IMG/VR virus record: IMGVR_UViG_3300030433_001628
Location: 1-38,286 of that record
DNA: 38,286 nt
Origin: a virus
Taxonomy: Duplodnaviria; Caudoviricetes
Direction: 5' to 3' (one strand)
Position 1 is the first letter of the stretch. Every line of letters begins with the position of its first letter. Shown here piece after piece: positions 27,428 to 34,414 of the stretch. The notes under the pieces are model-generated. The model saw only the letters and a program-made list of their open reading frames with translations, did not search any database and was not told where the DNA came from. The position numbers and the translations under genes are program-made.

Positions 27428-28156
27428 TTACATAGGGTTATTGTCTAAATCTGCTTGTTGATAGTTATCTGCAAGCTTTCCCAATTGGTCAGAAACTTCT
27501 GCTACTTTTTCTTGAGTCTCTAGTTCATCTTCATAGACTTCAATAGTCTCTTTAAGATCACTTAAAAACTTTTCTCTAGCTACAAGAGCAGACTCTAAAC
27601 GTCTTTGAAAATCTTCCAACTCTTCTTCATTTAAACCCTCTTTGTAACCAGAACCGTCTTTCTTTGGTTTACCAACAATCTTAGCAACTAAAGTATCTAA
27701 CTTATCTAGTTCCTCTTCTTTGTTAGGGTTAAACTCTTTAACAAGTTTAGCTTCTGAAGTAATACCCATAGCAGTTAATTTATCTCTAACTAATTCCGCA
27801 GTGCAATTAGAAGAGGGTAAGGGTTCGTTAGTCTTAAACCATTTATGAACCCATTGAGTCTTTTCCCTTTTCTTCTTGTTAGAAGCATCTGAAAAACCAA
27901 CATCTGATAACTGCTTTTTAAAAGTATTCATATCTCTAGTAGATATTTTGTCAGCAGGGTAAGAAGCATAAGCAGATATTAGTTCACAATAAATATCAAT
28001 GTTCCCTGCATTAATAGCATTAGAATTGTTTTTATTATCTTCACGCATATTTGTAATACTTGAATTAATAGAACCTAATCTAGTTGCTACATCATCTGCT
28101 AAATACTCTTTACCTAGTTGTACTTTTTTAGTCTTTTTTGTTTTTGATTTAGTCAT
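27428..28156 (-). CDS. Hypothetical protein (early gene)
   Basis: ORF track 27428..28195; likely start MTKSK at 28156 behind the GAGGAGTGAAAA RBS; acidic coiled-coil C-terminus. Confidence 0.75.
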   Translation of the reverse strand: MTKSKTKKTKKVQLGKEYLADDVATRLGSINSSITNMREDNKNNSNAINAGNIDIYCELISAYASYPADKISTRDMNTFKKQLSDVGFSDASNKKKREKTQWVHKWFKTNEPLPSSNCTAELVRDKLTAMGITSEAKLVKEFNPNKEEELDKLDTLVAKIVGKPKKDGSGYKEGLNEEELEDFQRRLESALVAREKFLSDLKETIEVYEDELETQEKVAEVSDQLGKLADNYQQADLDNNPM

Positions 28157-28234
28157 TATTTTCACTCCTCTATTATCTGATAAATGACCCTGCAAAGCAG
28201 GAATCTAACCCCCAAAAGATAGGGGGTTAGTTTG

Positions 28235-28606
28235 CTACTTTGATTTAGATTTACGAACATCTTTCAAAAGGTTCTCGACTTGAGTCCAAGTCCTAGGGGT
28301 AACATTTATAGGTTGTACTTCATCTGCAAACATTATTCCTTTTGGTTTACCTAAAATTGGTACTGCTTTTTCTATTGCTTTTAAGGTTGCTCTAGCAGAT
28401 ACAACTACACCCCAAAGATAATGGCTAGGGTGCGTATCTACATAAGGAATAGAATAATAATAAGCATCTGAATGTAATTCCTCTAGGTGTTCATCTTCAG
28501 AATTTATCCAATAATTTTTTGTATTCTCTTTCACTATAAGAGGACTTTCTAAGTCTCTTTCATTGTGATCATCATAAAATCTTTTTGGTATCTTAATTAG
28601 TTTCAT
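28235..28606 (-). CDS. Hypothetical protein (first gene of the leftward operon)
   Basis: ORF track; GGAGTGAGA RBS. Confidence 0.75.
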   Translation of the reverse strand: MKLIKIPKRFYDDHNERDLESPLIVKENTKNYWINSEDEHLEELHSDAYYYSIPYVDTHPSHYLWGVVVSARATLKAIEKAVPILGKPKGIMFADEVQPINVTPRTWTQVENLLKDVRKSKSK

Positions 28607-29022
28607 TTATCTCACTCCATTTTATTAATGCTAGATAGGTAACAAGACTCGCCTGCTACCTACCTAAAATTAATAGGGGGGAATGAACCCCCCTAATAGG
28701 TAATAGATTGAGAGTGTTTAAACAGATAGAAGTAATAAGGCTCAATATCGTTTCTATCCTATGGCTACCTACTTTTTTGAAATGGGGGGTAGTACTCTAA
28801 TCAGTTCGTTAAATCTTATAATGCAAAGAACCTTTATTGGTTAATTGAGTTGTTACGGTGTACCTATCCTAATGAGAGATAGGGAATAAATCAGTCCGAC
28901 TTGTTATAAGATTATGTAACCCTGCAATACTGCGATTAGACCCATTATATGCCTGCTAAATACTCTGGTTATAAAACTCCTTTCTAAAACGAATCATTTT
29001 TTAAAATTTCAAAATCTTCCCA

Positions 29023-29050
29023 AAGATAGCAGTTTGGTCAAATATGTCAA
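29023..29050 (-). promoter_or_regulatory. Putative sigma70 promoter of the leftward early operon
   Basis: Minus strand TTGACA-16 nt-TATCTT with extended -10 TG. Confidence 0.55.
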
Positions 29051-29069
29051 ATTAGTATAAAAACATAGG

Positions 29070-29228
29070 TAAGTCATTGATAACAAGTTGGTTTTCAAAG
29101 ACCCATTTAAAATATCAAAATTAGCCAATTTCATACTAAAAAAGTTAATATGTAACTTTTCTAAGTCATTGTTTTTATTACGTTTTTTTTCTAGTGTTTT
29201 TGCTATTTAAAATGCTAAGTCATTGATT
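29070..29228. repeat. Three TAAGTCATTG direct repeats matching the IHF consensus
   Basis: 29070-29082 (TATCAATGACTTA on minus), 29162-29174 (one mismatch), 29216-29228 (AATCAATGACTTA) versus WATCAANNNNTTR. Confidence 0.6.
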
Positions 29229-29434
29229 TTATTGACTTTTTTTATTTAGATTATGAAAATTTTAGAAAAAAAAATCCTCTGTATGGCTCTAGGTTTAGCA
29301 TTGAGTGGGGTTTAAGATTCCATAATGCTTGAGTCATGTTTTTTTAATGGCTCTGTATAGCCAAATATAACGGTCTGACGGGAAAAAAGAAAAAGGGTTT
29401 TTAGACGTTATATGCCGCTTTTTTTGCCTATTTA

Positions 29435-29478
29435 TTGACTATAAAAGGGTTTTGAATATAAAGTTACATGGTAACTTT
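29435..29478 (+). promoter_or_regulatory. Putative promoter of terS with an overlapping palindromic operator
   Basis: TTGACT at 29435-29440, TATAAA at 29457-29462; AAAGTTACATGGTAACTTT at 29460-29478 covers -10/+1. Confidence 0.55.
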
Positions 29479-29493
29479 TAAGAGGGTCTAAAG

Positions 29494-29991
29494 ATGAAAA
29501 AACCAAAGCTAACACTAGTAAAAGGGAAGAGGAAAAAAACGGCTCGACTGACTGCTAAGCAGTCTAAATTTATAGATGCTATATTGGGAATAGGAGTAGA
29601 TAAAGAACATACTTACACAGACGCATATAAATTAGCATACGAGACAAGTAATAGTAGCGATTCCACAATTAGACATTCTGCGCACTCATTATTTCATAAC
29701 CCCAACATTACCCCAATTTATGAAGAGAGAAAGAGACAAATAGAGGAAAGAAATCGCACGATTGCGCTGGGTCGATCAGATAGAATAATTACACGCCTAG
29801 AAGAAGAAGCATCTGATTTTGAGAATGGTAGTCCAACAAGTAGAGTTAGAGCCCTAGAGTTATTAGGGAAGTTAAAGGAAACTCAATTGTTTAATACGTC
29901 TGTTTCTGTAGAAGATTCCAGAGAACCAGAAGAAATAAAACAAGAACTAGAAAAGAAGTTAAACTTGATCCTTGGAAATGACCCCACCTAA
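29494..29991 (+). CDS. terS: Terminase small subunit
   Basis: LTAKQSKF..DAYKLAY..AHSLFHNPNI..RVRALELLGK pattern of Terminase_2-like proteins; upstream of TerL. Confidence 0.8.
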   Translation: MKKPKLTLVKGKRKKTARLTAKQSKFIDAILGIGVDKEHTYTDAYKLAYETSNSSDSTIRHSAHSLFHNPNITPIYEERKRQIEERNRTIALGRSDRIITRLEEEASDFENGSPTSRVRALELLGKLKETQLFNTSVSVEDSREPEEIKQELEKKLNLILGNDPT

Positions 29992-30215
29992 CCCCACCCC
30001 ACCGATGACAAGCCGTATGCTAGGCACGACAGTATATAGTAATCTGCACATAAAATGATATGGATTTACTAAAACGGTTCAAAGTCAATGAATGGGTTAT
30101 CTTTAGTGTCTTATTCTCTTATATAATGGAGAGGCTTATAGAAGGCGATACAGAGGGTTTAATGGTTTGGTGGTACTTTGTGTTATATTTGGGTTCACTG
30201 CCCACTGAGTGACGC

Positions 30216-30446
30216 TTATTTTTGGGCTAATAAGCTATCTAGCTTCTGTTCCAACCTCACTAGATGTTCGACTACCCTGTCAACGTCATCTTTATGGTCG
30301 TTCTTGTGAACGTATTGTTCTCGTGTTTTATTAAGAAGTATCTGAACTCTTTTGAGTTCATCACTTTGTGATTTGATATACCACGCTATAGGTGCTATAA
30401 CTATAGTTATTATGATATTCCACAGAGTTGATATATCGAGTTCCAT
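30216..30446 (-). CDS. Small single-TM coiled-coil protein
   Basis: N-terminal TM (LWNIIITIVIAPIAWYI) then coiled coil ..LVRLEQKLD. Confidence 0.7.
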   Translation of the reverse strand: MELDISTLWNIIITIVIAPIAWYIKSQSDELKRVQILLNKTREQYVHKNDHKDDVDRVVEHLVRLEQKLDSLLAQK

Positions 30447-30450
30447 ATAT

Positions 30451-30516
30451 GGTATACCTATAGTGTTTTGTAAGAGGTATATCTATAAATGGTATACCTA
30501 TTATACTAGGTATACC
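30451..30516. repeat. Cluster of four GGTATACC-type palindromes
   Basis: 30451-30458, 30476-30483 (GGTATATC), 30491-30498, 30509-30516. Confidence 0.7.
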
Positions 30517-30543
30517 GTATAGGGAAGGGTTGTAAAGAAAAAA

Positions 30544-31467
30544 ATGGCGAAAAGAAAATCAGGCGCATTAAAGACTGCAAAATTTCCCCCACCCAGTCCT
30601 TTCAGGAAGAATGAAGACATTGAAAAAGCTAATGTTGCTTTTGGTGACCTGGAGTTTGAGGCAGCCATACAAGATTATGTGAAAGACAGCCCAGTGGCAC
30701 TACTTGCCCTACAAGACATAAACAAACGAGGTGGCATAAGTAAATTTATCAGAGCATTGCAGAAAGGTGAAAAGTTTTATGGAACAACGTCAAGAGGAAC
30801 CTTTAACCCTATAACAGATGAAATAAAATATAACGTAACAGATGTACTAGACTTCTTAGACCCAAACCCAACTAAAGAGCAGGTTAAAGCAGCAAATCTC
30901 GTTCAAGGTTCTATACCCACCATTGCCCATGAGCTGTTTCATTACGGAATGAATGTATTAAGAAAACAGGGATATGATGTTCCACAAGGTTACATCGGGA
31001 GAGAGCTTGGAGACCCAAGAATTTCTACTGATGTTAAAAACGAAGAAGCAATTATAGATTTTTTAGAAAAGTATCAAAGAAAGAGAACTGGTGAAGATGA
31101 AGATGCTTTTGATAAAGCTGCAATGTCTATAGGATTGCCCTTAAAAAGAGGAGAGGATAGATCGGAAAAACCCCTCTTAGGAAGCTTTAGATCAAGCGGT
31201 TACAGTGCAAACGAATCTCCTTTTTCTCTTTTTCAGAAGGGTATGTATAAGCGTCAAGAGTCAGCAGGTGAGGCTTTAGATAGATTTGAAGGCATGGCTT
31301 TAGATGAACTAAAAGAAAGAAACTATGCCAGAACAGAGGAGCCATTGAAAGATACAAGAGAAAAATCATTTCTTGAAAAATTAGCAGGTTTAAATCCTTT
31401 TAGAGAAAAACCAAGACCAATGTATAATCAAGGGGGCGTTGTTAATATGCTCAAAAATTTAAAATGA
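30544..31467 (+). CDS. Hypothetical protein with HExxH metallopeptidase-like motif
   Basis: TIAHELFHYG at ~30928, downstream EE; C-terminal YNQGGVV tag. Confidence 0.65.
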   Translation: MAKRKSGALKTAKFPPPSPFRKNEDIEKANVAFGDLEFEAAIQDYVKDSPVALLALQDINKRGGISKFIRALQKGEKFYGTTSRGTFNPITDEIKYNVTDVLDFLDPNPTKEQVKAANLVQGSIPTIAHELFHYGMNVLRKQGYDVPQGYIGRELGDPRISTDVKNEEAIIDFLEKYQRKRTGEDEDAFDKAAMSIGLPLKRGEDRSEKPLLGSFRSSGYSANESPFSLFQKGMYKRQESAGEALDRFEGMALDELKERNYARTEEPLKDTREKSFLEKLAGLNPFREKPRPMYNQGGVVNMLKNLK

Positions 31468-31670
31468 GTCAGTACAGAAAATATCACGCATCTAAAAAGA
31501 TGAAGCAGGAACGTGCTTTACGAAATAAAAACAGAAGAGCAGCTATAAAAAAGGGTGTAGTTAAAAAAGGCGACAAGAAACACATAGATCATCGTGATGG
31601 CAATCCCAGAAACAATAAACGCACAAACCTTAGAGTTATATCAGCCAAGAGAAACAGAAAGAAACAATGA
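31464..31670 (+). CDS. Small HNH endonuclease-like protein
   Basis: HIDHRDGNPRNN..NLRVIS..NR motif; immediately before TerL. Confidence 0.75.
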   Translation: MSQYRKYHASKKMKQERALRNKNRRAAIKKGVVKKGDKKHIDHRDGNPRNNKRTNLRVISAKRNRKKQ

Positions 31671-33178
31671 CCCTTGCTATCAAGGACATAAAAAGCAAGC
31701 TTAGTTTACTTCCCCTGGAGCAGCAAAGGGATGTACTAAAGCTACTGGAACAATATGAGACAGCCAAAAAAAAAGAAGAAGCTAAAAAACAATTTCTTCC
31801 TTTTGTAAAAATGATGTGGTCTGCATTCGTTGGAGGACCCCACCATGACATAATGGCTGATTCTTTTGAAAGAGTTGCTCGTGGTGAGCTAAAAAGACTA
31901 ATAATCAATATGCCACCCCGTCATACCAAGTCAGAATTTGCATCATACTTGTTTCCTGCATGGTTCTTGGGGCAGTACCCAGATAAAAAGGTGATCCAGA
32001 CAGCCCACACTGCTGAGTTGGCAGTGGGTTTTGGTAGAAAGGTGCGTAACCTTATACAGTCAGAGGACTATCAAAAGGTTTTTAAGGGCATAGAGCTATC
32101 CACAGACAGTAAAGCAGCAGGTAGATGGAACACAAACAAGAGTGGTGACTACTTTGCGATAGGTGTTGGTGGTGCTGTTACTGGTAAAGGTGCGGATATT
32201 CTCATAATAGATGACCCACATTCGGAACAGGAGGCTCAATTAGGGCAGTACAACCCCGATGTATACGACAAAGTATACGAATGGTACACATCAGGTCCAA
32301 GACAGCGTCTACAACCAGGAGGAGCCATCATACTTGTGATGACCAGATGGTCAAAAAGAGACCTGACAGGTCAATTATTGAAGGTTATGCAGGAAAGAGA
32401 GGGTGCAGATGACTGGGAACTCATACAATTACCTGCAATTATGCCTTCAGGCGACCCTTTGTGGCAAGAATTCTGGTCTTTAGACGAATTAAACAGCCTA
32501 AAAGCAGAATTACCTGTATCAAAATGGAATGCACAGTACCAACAAGACCCCACATCGGAAGAAGGAGCATTAATTAAGCGCGAATGGTGGCAAGAATGGA
32601 CAGAAAACGAGCTTCCACCCTGTGAATGTATCATTCAGTCCTGGGATACAGCATTTTTAAAGACAGAACGTAGTGACTATAGTGCCTGCACCACCTGGGG
32701 GGTGTTCTATCACCATAAAGATGTAGATCAGAACAGACCACACCTAATTTTACTAGATGCTTTTAAGGAAAAGCTAGAATTTCCAGAATTAAAAAGAGCT
32801 GCATACGATAAATACTGGGAGTTTGAGCCCGATCAGATGATTGTTGAAGCAAAAGCGTCTGGTGCGCCATTAGTTTTTGAGCTTCGTGCTATGGGAATAC
32901 CTGTAACAGAGTTCACCCCCACGAGGGGTAACGACAAAATTGCTAGGGTAAACGCTGTAACAGACCTTTTCTCTAGTGGTAGTGTGTGGTATTATTCCTC
33001 TCGTTGGGCTGATGAGGTTATAGAAGAATGTGCATCATTCCCTTCAGGAGAGCATGACGATTTGGTTGACAGCACTACGCAGGCGCTGTTAAGATTTCGG
33101 CAAGGTGGATGGGTTCGTGCTGAGAGAGATGATTGGGATGACGAGCCTAAATATAGAAGACCCGTATCATATTACTAA
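31667..33178 (+). CDS. terL: Terminase large subunit
   Basis: INMPPRHTKS Walker A, LIIDDPH Walker B, MTRW, QSWDTA, HDDLVDSTTQAL nuclease motif. Confidence 0.95.
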   Translation: MTLAIKDIKSKLSLLPLEQQRDVLKLLEQYETAKKKEEAKKQFLPFVKMMWSAFVGGPHHDIMADSFERVARGELKRLIINMPPRHTKSEFASYLFPAWFLGQYPDKKVIQTAHTAELAVGFGRKVRNLIQSEDYQKVFKGIELSTDSKAAGRWNTNKSGDYFAIGVGGAVTGKGADILIIDDPHSEQEAQLGQYNPDVYDKVYEWYTSGPRQRLQPGGAIILVMTRWSKRDLTGQLLKVMQEREGADDWELIQLPAIMPSGDPLWQEFWSLDELNSLKAELPVSKWNAQYQQDPTSEEGALIKREWWQEWTENELPPCECIIQSWDTAFLKTERSDYSACTTWGVFYHHKDVDQNRPHLILLDAFKEKLEFPELKRAAYDKYWEFEPDQMIVEAKASGAPLVFELRAMGIPVTEFTPTRGNDKIARVNAVTDLFSSGSVWYYSSRWADEVIEECASFPSGEHDDLVDSTTQALLRFRQGGWVRAERDDWDDEPKYRRPVSYY

Positions 33179-33187
33179 GGAGCAGTC

Positions 33188-34042
33188 ATGGTAGGAACAG
33201 CAGAAAGACGAAAAAGGTTACAGGAAAGTAGGGAAAGAGCTAAAGAAAAAGGTCCTACAAAAATAAACAAAGCTTTAACACCTAAAAATGTATCTCCAGG
33301 CTCTGCTGGGAGAGAGCAAGCAACACCGTCAGGTATAACAAAAATAAACAAAGCTTTAGGGGCTAGTAAAGATGCTTCTCCTGGTTCTAAAGTTAGAACA
33401 GAGCCAAAACAAAATATTCCCAAAACACAAAGTGGAAAAACTGCTTCGGCAGACACTAAACCACCTAAGAAAGAAACAGACCCTTTAGCAGGTAAGCCTA
33501 GATCAATAGCTGAAGCCAAAAGAAAAGGTCAAATGTACTTTTTTGATAAGAAAGGTGTAAAAAAGTTAGCTGTAACTAAAGCTGATTTAGATAGAACTGG
33601 TTTATCTTTAAGAGAGTATGCTAACAAGTATGCTCCAAAAAAGGTTACAAAAAAAGAAGCAGAAAAATTTAAGATTAAAAAAGCTGGAGGTGGCGTTATG
33701 AAGAAAAAAGGTTATGCAGGCGGTGGTAAGATGAAAAAGAAAAGCTACGCTGGCGGTGGTAAAATGGCGATGAAGAAAAAGATGGCTGCCAGAGGTGGTG
33801 GAGTAATGAAGAAAAAAGGAATGGCAGCAGGCGGAAGAACCACAATGAAAAAGCAAATGATGCGTGGTGGAGGCGTTGCTGGCATGAAGAAAAAGATGAT
33901 GGCTGGTGGCGGAGTCATGAAGAAGAAGGGATATGCTGTCGGAGGTGCTATGAAGAAAAAAGGCATGAAGAGTGGCGGCAAGGTCATGAAGATGAGAGGT
34001 GGAGGTCTAGCCACTAGAGGCACTAACTTTAGGATTAGATAA
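33188..34042 (+). CDS. Basic repeat protein with ten tandem MKKKxxxGG units
   Basis: C-terminal ~120 aa of KKKGYAGGG-type repeats; N-terminal duplicated TKINKAL..SPGS. Confidence 0.8.
   Translation: MVGTAERRKRLQESRERAKEKGPTKINKALTPKNVSPGSAGREQATPSGITKINKALGASKDASPGSKVRTEPKQNIPKTQSGKTASADTKPPKKETDPLAGKPRSIAEAKRKGQMYFFDKKGVKKLAVTKADLDRTGLSLREYANKYAPKKVTKKEAEKFKIKKAGGGVMKKKGYAGGGKMKKKSYAGGGKMAMKKKMAARGGGVMKKKGMAAGGRTTMKKQMMRGGGVAGMKKKMMAGGGVMKKKGYAVGGAMKKKGMKSGGKVMKMRGGGLATRGTNFRIR
33677..34010 (+). repeat. Degenerate tandem coding repeat (~33 nt unit)
   Basis: Recurrent atgaagaaaaaag..ggcggtgg units. Confidence 0.8.
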
Positions 34043-34414
34043 ATGACAGAAAAATCTAGCAAGAAAAAAAATAAAAAAGAACTTAAATTCGAAAGTATTG
34101 ACGATAGAATGAAAAGGCTAAATGAAAAGCTAGAAAATATTAGAAAATTCTATACAACTCCGTCAAGTCAAGTATTTAACAAAGACACAGGTCTTTATGA
34201 AAGAATGATGTTTGCTAGACCTGGAGGATATGGAGAGAAGTCAGACGATTTTATTAGAAAGCAAAGAAAACGTGATGAAGAATATAATCGTGAATTTTCT
34301 GGTAATCCTTATGTAAAGGGAGAGAGAAAGTCCAGAAAAAGCAAGACCGCAATGAGAGGTGGTGGTATTGCTAGATCGGGTTCAGCTAGTCTATCTGGAT
34401 ATAAAATATCGTAA
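34043..34414 (+). CDS. Basic hypothetical protein with C-terminal MRGGGIARSG
   Basis: ORF track; C-terminus resembles that of the upstream gene (MRGGGLATRG). Confidence 0.75.
   Translation: MTEKSSKKKNKKELKFESIDDRMKRLNEKLENIRKFYTTPSSQVFNKDTGLYERMMFARPGGYGEKSDDFIRKQRKRDEEYNREFSGNPYVKGERKSRKSKTAMRGGGIARSGSASLSGYKIS

Noticed and set aside
28740-28900. Hammerhead ribozyme from CTGA motifs on the minus strand
   Set aside because: Reads CUGAUUA/CUGAUUU, not CUGANGA, and flanking stems do not fit
18686-33577. Weak palindrome copies at 18686-18702 and 33562-33577
   Set aside because: Two or more arm mismatches inside coding sequence; could be chance, so not counted
33677-34010. CRISPR-like array
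   Set aside because: Repeats are in-frame and degenerate at third codon positions with no unique spacers; coding repeat
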